The notes: a model not told the origin generated them from the letters alone. A DNA stretch of 64,000 nucleotides from Phoronis australis (GCA_002633005.1 NMRA01001016.1:1-64000), one strand, 5' to 3'; counted from the stretch's first letter, positions 1 through 14,700 are shown. A program made the numbers and translations.

Positions 1-3000
1 TCCTGTTGTGGGTGAGTCAGTCAGATTTAGAGGACCGGCGGTCATGTTGTTTCTCACCCGTGTGTAAGACCTAATGCTAGATTTTTCAAATGCAAGACTA
101 CAGGCCTATAGCAATTTGGTCCCACTTCCTCAAAAGGCTCTGCCCGTCAGTGAGGAAACCTGCAAGTGGTTTATTGCAGGAGTAAAGGGTCATGGAACAT
201 CTAAAAAGGACAGAGTTCATTGAAAGGTAAGCCTGAATTTGTTGAGTGGGAGTAACTAGTTCGAAAATGCCTTTTAAACAGAGATCCGCCAATCCGAAAT
301 AAGCTGTAAGAATGGCAAAGCTAAGATGATGAATCAACTAATTTCCCTGGGGAAACGTATGTGGCACCGGGTATTTTCAGATCTCATTACTACTGCGCGT
401 GGCAACAGATGATATTTGTTTGAGTTCAGTGAACTAAAAATGTTTCTTTACAACAGATTCTCACACAACACAACACTCAAACTGCGACACAACCTGTCTA
501 ACTGGCAAAGTCCAAAGACGTAGGCCTAATCCTCCGACTAACTGTTTTGAACTCATGCTGCAGTTTCTCGACACTTCCGGTGAGTAGCGCTACCTTTCGG
601 GTGATTGTGAATCCGTTTCAGTGCGGGGCGCAGGCCGGGCGGCCAGTGAGTCCAACGAATAACGGTCGTAAGGACATGCCGCGGAGATGGAGCACACTTT
701 CTGGTGCAAATTTCGGTCGCTTTCTTATAATTTCAGTTTAAAGCTCCATTGTCAGTACACATAAGGCGAAAAAAAATGGAACGGGATCAGTATCGCCCGT
801 GACTGAGGCAAAACTCGCCTATGGCCTGACTGCCGACTCGACTCGTCGAGGCCGACGAAAAGTTCATGACACAGCCCTTGTCAAAGTTATGATTACTTCG
901 ACTGAGAAATCTTTCCCATCCCCCTTCCGCAAAATGTTTTTCGGCCGTAACACCGATATTGTCCATTTACTAGGGTACAAAGTAAGTAACCGGGCATGGC
1001 TATGTAGGCCTACGAGTATGCAAACCGACTCTGAGTAGCCTAGTACTTCTGTATCAATACTAATAGTTGGCGATTGGCTTGATTCCTCCCCTATTGCACA
1101 ACAATTGAACATAACGTCAAATTACAATCACCTGCCAACCAACTATTTTTCTTTAGGTCTGTTTCATTCATTGAAAAAACAGAAGAGTGCAGTTTGATAC
1201 CTCGAGTCATTACCCGGCGATAGATTGTTGAGAAGTTCGACAGTGCAAATACAGCAATTTGAAATGGTTTTCAGAATAAGAGTCATAGCACAAAAAGGTC
1301 ATGCATGAAATAGTGTAAAGGAAGGGTCTAGCTAAGAGAGAACGTCCATAAATTCATTTCCCGTTGAACTCCTAATAGGCGATGACTCACTTAGAATATG
1401 ATATTTAATTAATGAACGAATTGACAAACTCAGCATACCTCTACTATAGTTGGAATTAGGAACTAAGCATTATTTCCGGCTTAATGATGTGGCATACAAT
1501 TCTGTATGCATTATTCAAAGTGGTCTTCTGTCACTGAATCAGAAATCAAACTTTTTACCTGGTGTTTTTACAGTTTTTTCGTAAAGGTTTTGAATTTCTA
1601 TTGATATCAAAGCATTTTTCTTTTAGTTTCAAATTTCAGGAAACGTCCTGGTCAACTGCTTGTCATTTCGTCAATTTTTCTCCAACAGGGAAAAACATGG
1701 CAAGATTTAGGCCTAGCACATTTCCCTTATATGGAAATGTGACCTTTGACGTTTGATCTAGATGTTGACTGGGCAATTCTTTGAGCGCATTCGCTCATAT
1801 ATATCAATAGGGGCGGAAAATTTGAAAACTGGGTTGGGATTATAGGGTTTGTATTTCAATTCGTCTGTGTTTCAAAAATAGTGAATCTGATGATTTTTAA
1901 GAAATTCTTACAATATTTAAAGTGAACAACTCTCACGCCCGCATTCACAAGAATTTGATTCGTCACGATAGGTTTAATATACTTTTACGAGTTTTCACGT
2001 TCCAGGCCTCTTTAAGGGAAAACGCCCAATCCCTTGGGGTAAAACGCCTAAGGGTATTGTCCCTGGTCGCAGATTATGAGCAAAAATTAAAAAAAAGTTT
2101 ATTCAAGTTTAAACTACTTTAGTAAAAATAATAATAGTGTGAACGTAGTAATATGCCAATAACGATATAACGGGGACATATTTATCACAGTATTTGGTAT
2201 GCCATTAAATAATGATCTATGCACTATTGCCACAGCTTTACGATATTAAAACATATTCCAATCATCCAGTCAGTGCAATTGTCGTTCGGAAAAGAGTAAA
2301 CATCCAGAATACCTTGTGACTCAAGTAACAGTGTGACCCATTACGGGAACGTGTTGGTGGCAGTCAAAACGTCTGGCGTCACGTCTCGTCAACCCATAGA
2401 CCAATAAGTCAATACACTTTTCATTAAGTGATGGTTTTTATTAATTTCTAATTCTGGGAGAAGTGACTATCTGCGACGCCACAGACAAATCGGCCTAGGT
2501 TCTGCTACGTGTTTGTCGCGGCGACGACGTCAGGCGCGTGCTGGTATGTATAGTCTGTTTGCTCTTGATCTACAAGAAAAATGCAATTTGAATAAGTTTT
2601 TTAAGCGTCTCTCCACCATACTGCTCTAGTGTTTTTTTTCCGTAATAATGGACATATTTTGTTAAAAACGTGTATTCAAATCGCATAACCATTGATAATC
2701 TTGGTATTGGGTCGGGTGAAAGGCTTCCTGTAGGGTATGACGCTTAGCCTGGGCGCTTTGCTCTATTCTCAGTAGGCGTTTGGCCTCAAGACACCGAGTC
2801 ATGAAAGCTACAATATCAATTTAATTTGGGTTGAGAATGTGCGAATTCTTTTCACGGCATGTTGTATGTTATTTATGAAGGATTGTTGTCCACCAAGATC
2901 ACACAGTAATGATGTCGGTGTAACAGTGGCACGCGTATTCATAATTAGATAATTTACTTCTTGGAGAAAAGGCATAAAAATCCCCATGTTTAGTATCCTC

Positions 3001-3261
3001 AAAAACAAAAATTGAATTAGGCCATTTTCTTTCGTAAAATTTGCTGCACAATATTCTTTATCTGGCCTGATTGGATTCCGTTTCCAATATCAGCCAAAGT
3101 ACCAGCGTAGACTCGAGAAAATGCTTCAGAGTTCAATGGGTGGAAATGGAATCTTATTACGGTAAGGAGTATTATGGGTGTAAAGACCTAATTAATTTTT
3201 CGTTTATACCCAACCAAACAGGGCAAAATGCTGCTTCAACTAGCACTAGAACACAGTATTA

Positions 3262-3683
3262 CCGGGATTTTCCGTGGATAAGCCCATGGGCGTGTATTCG
3301 GAAAATGAGAAATTCCAGACACCAAATAAACGTCCGTGTGTTTATTCGGAAGAAGGGGCGTATAAACGAAAAGTCATAGGTTTCCTGGCAGTTTTTACTT
3401 TAAAATGTGTTTTTAAATTTTATGTAAATAAATGCATAGTTTGCCAGCACATTGTTCGTTTTTGTAAATGATAAATGCTCCACAAAACTGAATTTGTGAC
3501 TAAAAGTTGACAATTAGCGGGCATTTAAGAGGAAATTTTCCGAATAAACACCCCACTATCTGGACACTTGACACCAGAAGTTGTTACACCAAATATACGG
3601 CCATGGGCGTTTATTCGGCATAATTTTCCGAATAAGCGTCCATGGGCGTTTCATCGGGTGAGCTTATCTACGGAAAACCCCGT
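3262..3683. mobile_element. Tc1/mariner (pogo-like) MITE
   Basis: TA-flanked; TIR CCGGGATTTTCCGTGGATAAGC / GCTTATCTACGGAAAACCCCGT; internal CCATGGGCGT..ATTCGG repeats. Confidence 0.7.
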
Positions 3684-5789
3684 TATCTACAAACGTTCTT
3701 GGTTACAATACGCTGTTGAGCAAATAGAGGCGTGAAGTGAAGTGGGCGCTTGTGCGCGTTTCGCACGTGTTTTATGGTTTTAACAGACGTGGACGTTTAA
3801 TACCGACTGGACTGGATATCTTGCCCCACCCATCGTAACGACAGTATAATCCCCACAAGGCAGTATCTCCAATCTTGGAAACAACTGCCGCTCCGCTATC
3901 CCTGTTTTTCTGTAATTATTCGTTCTGGAGGTTTTCCTGATGTCAGAACCAATCGTCGCACCTTTTCTGTTTTGAAATGATTTATTTTTGTAAACTACCT
4001 CTTGCAGGGAGTGAGGGGGCAATCAGATGGCACCAGTTGTATTTCACCTTTCGTAATTATACGAGTATACTTTCATTTTCAGATAATCCACCTTTCTCGA
4101 GGGAGGGGGCTGTGGGGGCACCTGGAACCATTGTCACTCTTTTTATATAATGCAGCACAAGTCACGAATTGTTGCCCGACAGGCCGGGATCGAGTCGGCG
4201 AGAGGTGGGAAAAATAGCAAACCGGTCAGCAAATTTTTGATTGACCGGCAGCAGACCCGTGTATTGTCGATTTCACCGAGTGCCCGGATTTCAATGCATA
4301 TTCCACTCCTACCTTTTCTCTGCCAATAAACCATTACCAACGTCACAAATTTATCGTTGTCGGCTCTTTCCGTTAGTCTTAAGCCCTGTCCAGACGAATC
4401 TGTTTTCATTTTGAAAACGCATTTTTTATTTTATTGCGTCGCCAAAAAGTTCTCTGTCCATACCATTCCGTTTTCGTAAGGTTTATAAAGTTTTCTATCT
4501 ATACCAAATACGATCGAAAATGCAAATTATTCTTCAGCGTTTTCAAAAACTCCTTTCACAATATGACCAGGAGGTTGGCCATGGTTTTCGAAAAGTTTCG
4601 TTTTGTCTGTCCACGCGAATACAGCGATTATGGCGATTTAAAACATGTGGCGATTCCGCTAGTGCGTACAAGCGCTTTCAAATATTTTCGATTTTGGTTG
4701 TCCATTTCAGTTGATAGGTAACATAAGCAATTTAAAAAAATTCGTATTTGCCGACTGCGTGTAATCTAAATCGGTCACCAGAACTTGGCGACCACATATC
4801 CGACCAAAGTGACGACCGCAATGGAACACAACTCCATGTCCAAATATCAAACGCTTCTCTACGACGCTAATGACCATGTGCACGCGCGGCACTCAGGGTC
4901 ATGTCACAATGAAATGTTTACTTGTGGTTAAAAACAAACTTCATGCATCACTTAGCTCAATTAGTGTTTGCTAACAAGAAATTTATGCGTTTTGCATTAA
5001 CACATAATTGGCCTGCATTATGTATTTAAGTGTTTAAAACCACCATTTTCTTTGTTTTGACAAATGACTGTTTTGTCAGCATCACTAAACCTTACTTTAC
5101 GGCACTGCATATCACAATCGAGAATTCCACATTCCAAAAAACGAGAAAATAGAAGAAAGGCGAATTCAATGAAAAGCTTTTTTGTACCTTCACGAATAAT
5201 AGTGTTACGTATAAACGTACCCAACGCCAATGTGTTATGACCATCAACACGCGAGTTTCTTGTACAAACTTATACCATATCCCGCTTCTCGGTGTCCCGC
5301 GAGAAAGCGAAAAGAGTCACAGCTTGGTCAAGCATTAAGTTGTCACTGACCAAGAGCTTCCATAAATGAACACCTCGCTTTTCCTTATCATACCCTTAAC
5401 CCCAGGAAAACCAGAGGTTGACAACTGAACACAATCGATGATGACCAATGCTGTGATGGGTTAGTCCGATTTTATGTAGCATGTAGCGACCAATAATTGC
5501 TCATAACTCGAGATCAGCTAATTAAGATATCGCCGGATAGTGTTTTCAGGTGTTCTAATTTGGCAGCTGGTCAACTGGTGGTGTTGTTTCTTATAGTGTT
5601 TTTTATATGAAATTGCTGGTTTTAAACGCTTTAATACATTGGTCTGTACACAATAACAGTTTATACCAATACACGTACAGATGACTTCAATGTTTTTCAG
5701 TCGTTTACAAGAACACATTACAAATGAAAATATCCCAAATTACAAATTTTACAAAAAAACAAACAAAACAATAGCCAATGTTACTACCC

Positions 5790-6240
5790 TGATTTCTCGG
5801 AATACACTTATGCAACCACCTCACTTGGAGCAAATGTGTTCAAGAAGTGTTAAATAAAATTGCAAAAATATGTGGAAAATTATCATGAAAATTTGAAATT
5901 CTTCTCATACAAAACACTACTTTTGCTATACTAATCACACATTTCACCCCATCGCAAGTATGTAAATGTTTGATGGGTATTCAACAATTACAATCTCCTA
6001 AAACTTAGTTGTATTTGTCAAGGTGACTGTCTGAAACATAAACATGTCGCATTTCTTTCACTCAAGGCATTATTAAAATGTCTGAACCTTCTGTCTGTTG
6101 ATGACTTGTTCATACTGTCCTGTTTCAAATTAGTATGTAAATCATCTAATCCTCTGCCGCCAATCCTTTCGGGTTTTCCAGCAATTACAAACACCTCCTG
6201 GAGGTAGTACACTCCAACCCTTTAATTACAGATGTCAAAA
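5790..6240 (+). mobile_element. CR1/L2-type LINE RT C-terminal fragment (second copy about 56355-56810)
   Basis: Degenerate translation LTWSK.VQEVLNKIAKICG...YKTLLLLY.SHISPH...LNLLSVDDL. Confidence 0.65.
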
Positions 6241-7479
6241 TTTTACCTCTCGTAGTGTCTATACCAGTTAACAGGTTCAAATGTTTCCGCCCACACATTA
6301 CCTTATAAACAACAAGTTAACGTCCCGCAATACCCATGCCAATTTAAATGTCCAAGTGCTCCCGCACACACCTTCCATTCTAATACATGTAACCAACAGT
6401 TTTCTGCAAATATCCGGTAAGCTATAGTTAAAATTCACATTCACTGTAGCGTTGATGTTAGTTAGTTACTCTGAATAGTGCGAAATACAATATTGTCACA
6501 AATGAATTACTTATTTGTAATTATGTATTGTAGATATGTTCAGTTAGGACTTTCATTTCTTTATAAACCACTAAAACGTAAGAGTATCATCTGTTTTCTG
6601 CTCCTAATTTCCAAGCAATTGAGAAAGTGAATTATTCCATACATGTATGAGTTCGGTAGGAAATCTCCGACAATTTGACATAAATCGTAGCTAGGATTTG
6701 TCCTCCGGTTACAGAAAACGGTTTTAAAACGCACTAATCAGAAAAAGAATGTAAAATATGGATGGTACTGATCCAGAAATAAGCCCTAAATCGAGAATCA
6801 TGAAATAGATAAAGTGTCACAAACTTGGCTCGAATTTTCCCTTGTCACGACAGCAATAGATAAAGGAGATCGATGGTCACGTGAGTATTTGATAAGCAAA
6901 TTTCATGATCATGCGACTATATGATTAGCAAATTGTTTTCTGAGAAATGCGTTTTATATATGTTTGCGTGTGCGTGTGCTCGTGTATGCGTGTGTGTGTG
7001 CGTGCGAGCGCGCGCGCGTGTATGTGCGCAAATTTGTAGCAAGTGTTTTTTGTATGGTGAACACAGATGCAAGAGAAACAGCTTGAGTTATTGCCTAATA
7101 GATAAGTATCTTGAATTTTGTTCTTGCAAATCGTGAAAGACCAGCAACGGAGTGGGTGTCCATCTTCTCTAGAACTGATGAGGATATTTTATTTTCATTA
7201 ATGATTCTAGAAATGTGAAAATGTAACAGTGACTTGCCGCGATTTATTAGTAAAATGAAGTCGGTATAGGATTGTAGTTGCGACAAGAAAGTTTCCATAG
7301 AGATCTAGGCCCATTTGCATAAAAGTTATACGCCGTATAGCAACACTGACAATGCATGATCACGCGTCACGTGTTATTGTTGAACAATGCACCTGACGAC
7401 ATGCAACAATCCAACTTAGTCCAGCGGATAATTTTGAAGTTTTATGCAACCCAGCCCTGGCGAACAAGAATTTATACGT

Positions 7480-7910
7480 GATCTGTTGTTAAGGTTGCGA
7501 TAGCATATGAATTTGTTTTGAAAATAAAAACAGTGTGGATGTTGGCAGTGTAAAACCTTGTAATCTATTTTCCAGCCGTATATATTAAGAGTGTCTTCAA
7601 GCAGAAGTATTTTAATAATTTGCCTACATGGACAACGTAGTGTGAGTTGGTGATTATTCTTAAGACCAGTTTCTGAAGGAATTGTAGTCTGTTAACATTT
7701 TTAAAAGCCTACCATATTGTGATGCCAAATTTAGTGAGTGTGGATTAAAAACGAGTAACTCGTTGTCAGAGCGAACAAAGGCAGAATGTTTCTTGAGTTT
7801 ATTCAATACTCGGAGTACGCCACAGATTTGTTCAATTTTTCCCACCAGATTAATATGTTCTGACCAGGATGAAGAGTCGTCAAACGTAAGTCTCAAGATT
7901 CACCCCTAAC
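7480..7910 (-). mobile_element. CR1/L2-type LINE RT C-terminal fragment (second copy about 58060-58490)
   Basis: Degenerate translation DDSSSWSEHINLVGKIEQICGVL...LNKLK...NPH. Confidence 0.6.
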
Positions 7911-9283
7911 TCTCGCTGATTGTCTTGGTAGCCTAAGATTTTAGCTGTTTTTACCGTCCAGGGACAACCTAATGGCACCCGTGCTGTAATTTCGTTTATA
8001 TACTTTTGTATATTAATTAGTTTTGCGTAAACGTGGACAAGATTTAAGTCACAAACGCATAACGCGGGGGAACGGGGGGGGGGGGCAGTTANGGGGGGGC
8101 TCAGTTACACCCTGATTCGGGAAATTGGTGTCGTGGGAGGATGAAATTGGTGGGAAAAAAAGAAACCCGTTCAGGCGAATTTATCATATGCCACTTCGAG
8201 CAAGGAAATCCAGACACAGTTATGTCATAGGTTAACTCTCCAATTTTTTCAGTTTGGGATTGATTTCCTGTACTCGCCAGGCTTGACCGTTCAGGTCCCG
8301 TGCTCAGATTCCGTCGATATTTTGTTCCACGCGCTAACTACAATTTCACTTATAGATTTCCAGGAAGTGAGAATCAAGCGGTCGATAACAACACTGGGTT
8401 TACCAGTAATTAATAATTGAAAATTGTCTGTACACCAGTCTTTAGCAACCGTAATTCTAACAGAAATACTATTGCAATCTCATCACTCATCCGAGTTCTA
8501 CCCGGTTGGTTGTCAATCCGTTGAATGAATAAAATTCTGGCGAATTTCAGTACTTCAGAAAGATCGTTCAGTCATGCGTGAGGCGTTACAGGACATATGT
8601 GGAGGAGAATATGAATTAGGCGTAACACCTGGAACAATAACTGGCGTGCAATTAGCGCGTCACCATGCAGATGTCATGTCAAATGCTTAATCTATTTGAA
8701 AAATTACTTTTTCATTACACTTTGCCGTGAATTTTAAAGAATTTAAACTTTGGATAAAATTACTGGTAACTTCACCGCGACAATAAGCATATAGGGGCGC
8801 ATAAATGCCCTGGTGCATGAAAACAGGCGATTAATAAGCACTTGTGCGCTCGTGCATACGATGCAACACAATTTGTATGTAGGTCTGGCGGCGTCATCAC
8901 AATTGTACCTCCTGAGATGACCAAACAAGACCAACAGAGGAACTTGGATAAAATTGTTAAATGGTTGGATATTTTAGTCAATCAGTATAAAACTCCAATA
9001 CATATTAAGCCCGAGAACAATTTTCGTTCTAGCGAAGTGACGGTTTGTAGTTGCGGTCAGGCCTGAGTTGACTAAATGGAAGCACTTATGTTAAGTGATG
9101 AGAAACAAAATCTGGTACCAGGAAACCAATGTTTACAACCACTGTAACTAGCGAAATTCATGCAGCTCTATCCACGCGATTAGATGTCCGTTTATATGTA
9201 ATATGCTAGCCACTGAACACCGGGTCTTGGCAGTCACCAAGCGCCATCTGTGAGCGCACGCACAACCGATAAGTACAAGCAGA

Positions 9284-9664
9284 ATGGCAAGGGAGATGCC
9301 ATGCGTCACCGCATCACAAACGGATGAAGTATTACTTGGGATCATTGAAAGCCTAGCCTTGACTGACTTCTAGGCAGTGTAAAACCAACATAGTTTTCCG
9401 AGACCTTTCAGTGATTTGGCGCAACATAGGCATTTGGCAGATTAGTTTTGGCTTGGAAGAAATACGTTAGGAAGGAACAGTAAACGAATTTGTTAGGGAA
9501 CTCGGTCGACTTCATTTGCGGGTACTGACGGATGGCTCAATAGGGCTATTTTTAGGTTGGACTTAGTGAGCATCCGACTTTTTACTTAAGACTGTGAACT
9601 TTAGACGTTGATGGAGTACAGGTATGCGTTGCATGTAGAACTTCCGTGGATCATGGGACAGTTG
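9284..9664 (+). pseudogene. Decayed F-box protein first exon, copy 1
   Basis: MAREMPCVTASQTDEVLLGIIESLALTDF*...FRDLSVIWRNIGIWQ..., ending at a GTAAGT donor; multiple stops and frameshifts. Confidence 0.5.
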
Positions 9665-11468
9665 GTAAGTACCTTGAAATATGCCGATGTGCTACTAACT
9701 CGTGTGAATGACTCACGGCAAGCCAATAATGGTCTATATGATGTAACGGTCACGCCTATATAGTCGTAAGGTGGTTACGCTGTCACAGCTGAAGCCGGTC
9801 AAGCATGATGTTGTCTATCGTTTTTTCTTTGAGTAGGCCAGTTGTATTTTGTCCTTTCCGCTCGAAAGCACAGAGTCAACCACCACCCGAATAAAAGCGA
9901 AAAACCTTCACTGACCACGTAAATAATTATACTTGGCCGTTGTAACACCTTTTGAAGCCCTTTACCTGAAACCCACGAGGGTAAACGTTTGAGAATGGTG
10001 AGTCAGAGTCGAGGTAACCAAGGTATTTTCCGTTAGTTATTAAGGACACTTATAATTGCACTAAGATAATGACTTACAGAGTCGTGATCCGGCGCGGTGT
10101 TCAATTTGCATTTCTGTCGCGGATGCTTGTCCACAAGTTCCCATGCAAGGGAGATAAGGGAAGTAGGACGATCAGCCAGCTCCAAAGCAGAGAATATAGA
10201 TATATACACGTGGATTGACAGACAGGTAGTTTATTGGGTACAATATTCGAACCAGAAGACTAGGCTAGAAACAGAAAGGTTTGGGAGCCGCTTTTATGAA
10301 GCCCACCATAATTAAAAGGTATTGTAACGAAAGAATAGTGCTAAAGCCAAGATGGCTAGGAAATTAAACATTGTGGATAATTAAATAAAAATAACCGTAA
10401 ACAACATGCCCTGTAATATTAAAACTAATTGCATGAGCTAGTTTTATTGTAGAAAAACAAAGTAATTACAGTTCAGTCATCTGTCAAGTGTGAGATTTAA
10501 AAAAATGTGAGATGGCAGAAACAATTGGCGAATGTAATGAAATCCGTAACACGGTTATTAAAAAATCCTTCTGATGAACAACTAAATCAATTTGTGCTGT
10601 GCATTCTACGTTAGTCCGAGAATCCCTGAAATGCGTTATTTTTTTAGAACGATTAATGGTTATCCACTGCCAGGGCCGTAGGAAGCGGAGGACCGGGGGA
10701 GGGGGCACGGCCCCCCAAAAATTTTCATCCGTCAGGATTAAATTGTTGAAACCGAAATAAGCTTGGGGCCGGGGACAGTCGAGAAAATAAAAACTGCGAA
10801 ATACCTATAAGAGAGAAAATTCAAGAGAACATTAACAACTCTGCATCAGTGCATGGTTTACCTTTTGAGGACCCTGGCCAGGACATTGTCGTTAGGGTCT
10901 CCGCTTTTGCACCACAGGTCGTCTAAACGCACACATATATTTCGAAAAATCGAGAAAATTTGTAAAGCGAAGCTTTTGCGGAGCGTACTTATTTACTGGA
11001 TGTTTAAATTCAAAAAGTCAATTTTGCGAATGCAAAACTATTTTTTTCCAGAGGCCCCTATCTGTCGAGGGATAACGGAAACAACTTCGCTTTATTTTTT
11101 TTCTCGAAACTGTATACCACTTGAGAAAAATTGATCATCTGACAGATAACATCAATTGCTACGCATTTCCTGATATTTGAAAATATAAATATTTTCATAT
11201 TTAGGGGGCCTGCCCTTGAAGGAGGCCATCGATGACATTCAAATGGCCACCTTTTTGTGTTTTTCTTGAAAAATTCTTAAGGGGCCGCTGACAGAGAAAG
11301 GGCCCAATGTTGGAATCGATTACCTCTGTTTTCATGTTTTTGTGAAATCATGCAAGCGGCTTTCATGTGGAAGGAGGTCACTCCCTGCATCGTTTTGGGA
11401 CCACACGACGGTGGAATGAACTGTCACTCTTTTTTCCAAGCTTAATAATGTTTAGCCTTTCATCTTAA

Positions 11469-11988
11469 GGTGCCCCATTTCAGCCGGTACCCTCTCTCGG
11501 TGGAGCAGTTCGGGGGAAATGTCACTTTGTCCCTCTATATATGTATATCTGACACTGCCAAGTATTCACGAGGGAAGTTGAGGTTCCAAATTCATCAAAA
11601 AAATACCCAAAACGTTCGTGCACAGCACAGCCATTCGACCCAAACAACGAAAAATGTGAAAAAATACAGTAGAATTGCCGCCATTGAAAGGGTGGAATTT
11701 TAAAGACCACTACTTGTGAATTATTCAAAAGGTCTATTTCCGATGGTTAGCTATAAAATAATGATACCGTTTCCCGTAATATCATGAGAATAGTATCTCG
11801 TTTGAAGATGGTTACTATGAATTGTTTGTAAGGAATTCCCACATGTGGAAAAAATACTGCTGTCTAGGCTACTATTTGTAATGAACGTGTACATGATGAA
11901 ATGGGTACTCAAAGAACTCTCGCAGTCATAAACAAAGATTTCAGCTTTTTTTGTCAGTGTGTACCTCTGAAATGAGCAAAAATACACC
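11469..11988. mobile_element. TTAA-flanked Kolobok-like MITE
   Basis: TTAA|GGTG...CACC|TTAA, with CATTTCAG..GGTAC shared by both ends in inverted orientation. Confidence 0.5.
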
Positions 11989-13832
11989 TTAATACGAATG
12001 CCCCAACTCCCATATTCCCCCGCTTAAGTCTGCGAGCATGCATTCGGAAATTGCTTATAACATTCCGTTTTGATAAACAAATTCTTTGGTTTCTGACTTA
12101 CTTGTTTATGTATCTACGAAAATCGATAGATTCATTATGATTTTTGACAATTAGAAGCTAATTTTGTACGAATTGATGATGTTTCAGTGAATTTAATTGT
12201 AGCCTGAAGTTGGAAAAACTCAATAACCCGATCATAAATAGTTAAGTACTTAGACGATTTTTGCATATCTAAAATAACTCTCAAAGTCATTGATGAAATT
12301 CGGACACACAAACGTTTTAAAAATCCTTAAATGAATAAAATTAAACTCATTGATTGGAAAGGTTGTCTTTGCACTTCCTTGGTGTTTTTAGTTTCCAGTA
12401 GTAATGAGTAGGCGGATAGGCGGTACTTCAGTTTTTTAACGGCAGGCCTAGGTCCACTAGGCCTCTAAATTTTTGGAAAGGGATGAGGCAAAAATCTACC
12501 CAGCAAAAGGGCTTTGGAATTAGCAGACCTGTTACCAGCAATAGGGACGTGTGTCACAGCAATTTTGGTACACGCCTGCAGGCACCTTGTCAATATATGA
12601 ATAACCCTTCCCTGGCCGGGGCAAACAGTACCAAATTTCATCATATAGTATACAGATGTATAATTCTGTATGAATGCTTGACTAACTTCCCAGCAACTGA
12701 GGAACCCATATTCTAAACTATGTGTAGCCTAGCAACTAATCTTTTGGATCATTGAAACTATTTTCCTGTTGATTTAATTGGTCAAAATTATATGTTTGAC
12801 TTCTCCGCGGTCCATGTTCCTTTTTACTATTATATAACAACCAAATTAATTGGTATTAGAAATTAAGTAGTTGACTAATTTGTAGTCTAATTAATTAATT
12901 AATTGACCGGTTAGTACACAAAGGATTTCATTATTACACTGTGTAATTTTGCATTGTATGTAACATTGTTGGGTTTTTATCATTAAAAACATCAGATATG
13001 CAAAATATTAATTATTTATGAATATTTTTCTTTTTCTTTTGGTATTATCGTACACCATCAAGACTTCATTAAGAGCCATCTAATAATATTACTCTGATGC
13101 AGATCGGCTGAAAAAAACGGCGGAGTTGCGCGACAATAAATAAGGTGACACTTTTTATGTTTGGCCTAGGGTTGAAATATATATTTGTTTGGCCTAGATA
13201 CACATTCTTGGTGTTCAAGTGCTTCTTGATCATATGAACATAATGGTTAGAAAACTGTAAACTCTTTTAAGAGTTTAAAATTTTTAAAAAAAATATTGTA
13301 ATACATCCCAATGGCTTTACGTTTCGTCGGTCAGCAAGGCAGCGATTGCCGGCTTCTCGAAAAATACGAAATTGCAAGCAGATGGACCTCGGGGTTTGAC
13401 GATGTAGATTCCTCCCATAGCCCTTTATTCCACAGTAGCTAAGAAACAGCACCAGAACAAATGACTCATTGTAAGCAACTGCACGTATACTGATGAAACA
13501 CTGAGGAAATTCCTCAAAAACAACAAATTTTCGGATATATCATAGGCGCATTAGCTTAAACGAGCACTAACACGACACTATAAATTTGTTACGTAAGTAA
13601 AGTTAGCTTTCATATCAACGAAGAGAAAAATCGAAAAAGATAAATTAAAGGAGAATTATGTGGCATTAGACTTAAAAACGCACGAGACCGAGTTCCGGGG
13701 CAGGGGGTATAGGCTCTCTCGCGATATCCCAGGCGACCGGCAGTGGCGCTGCGCACTAAGACTCCGTTTCCGTCGTCTGCTCCACTGTGCAATGAAGAAA
13801 ATTACATCAATTTTTAAAGAAAATGAAACCTG

Positions 13833-14233
13833 GGCCCGATCTCCAATCTTTTTACTCGAAATGGAACTCGAAATTAGGTTTGGCATTTTCTACACTACTT
13901 TTGGGCGAACTCAAGGTAAGTGTCTATTATACTATGCTAGAGTACACAATAACTTACGTAGATAATTTATTGCCCTTAGTTCACAGGTTGTAAACCCAAT
14001 ATTAAAGCAATAAGTTCGAGTTTGAACTCGAAATTTCAAGTTTTTACTCGAGTTTGTAGCACGAATATAAGGGTCTTCAAGGGCAAACTTGAACTAGAAA
14101 CTTCTATGCATAAACTGTAATGTATTCGAGCACAGTCTGATAACCAATTATCTTAAGTTCGCACAAAAGGAGCAGAGAAATTGCCAAAAATAGTTTCGAG
14201 TTCGTTTCGAGTACAAAGATTAGAGACCGGGCC
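13833..14233. mobile_element. PIF/Harbinger (Tourist-like) MITE
   Basis: TIR GGCCCGATCTCCAATCTTT / AAAGATTAGAGACCGGGCC, 3-bp TSD CTG, internal ACTCGAAA subrepeats. Confidence 0.8.
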
Positions 14234-14603
14234 CTGAGTAACGATGAAAAAACAGGAGCTGCTGGTAAGATGTGAATTTTAATCGAAGCCTTAGGGAATC
14301 ACTCAGAAACTCAAAATTCTCTCTTTGTCAAGCATTAAAGGGGCCTCCCTCCATTCGGTGCTGTGCTCACCTCTACAATCGTGCTTGGCTCAAATGCTTA
14401 CAGACAAAATGTTGCCCCCCTTTGTGATATCCTAGATCCGCCACTGGGTTAAGCTCCATACCATTGATTTGTCTTACGTACTTTTGTAATGCAAAGTAAT
14501 GGCGTGATGCACAATATAACCCTAAACATTCTTTGTTCATTCTGGTCTTCCATACGTTTTGTATCACAATGACTATGAAAACGTATACTAAGTATAGGCC
14601 TAT

Positions 14604-14700
14604 GGGGAGGCAGTGTGGCCAAGTGTGATAAGTGCCCGCTTTGTTTACCTGAGGTCGTGGGTTCGAGTGCCACTGGGTCACACTGGTAAACCCTTGAGTT
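14604..14700 (+). mobile_element. tRNA-derived SINE head
   Basis: A-box-like TGGCCAAGTG and B-box-like GGTTCGAGTGCC at tRNA spacing, but no intact cloverleaf. Confidence 0.55.

Larger units (their letters stand above)
3908..10670 (+). repeat. Segmental duplication, copy 1 (about 6.8 kb)
   Basis: Colinear direct match to 54450-61685 throughout, with many substitutions and indels (roughly 85-90% identity by eye); ends where a CAGGGCCGTAGGAAGCG MITE-like end starts at 10671. Confidence 0.95.

Noticed and set aside
14604-14680. Possible tRNA gene
   Set aside because: A and B boxes are present, but there is no consistent acceptor or anticodon stem; better explained as a SINE head.
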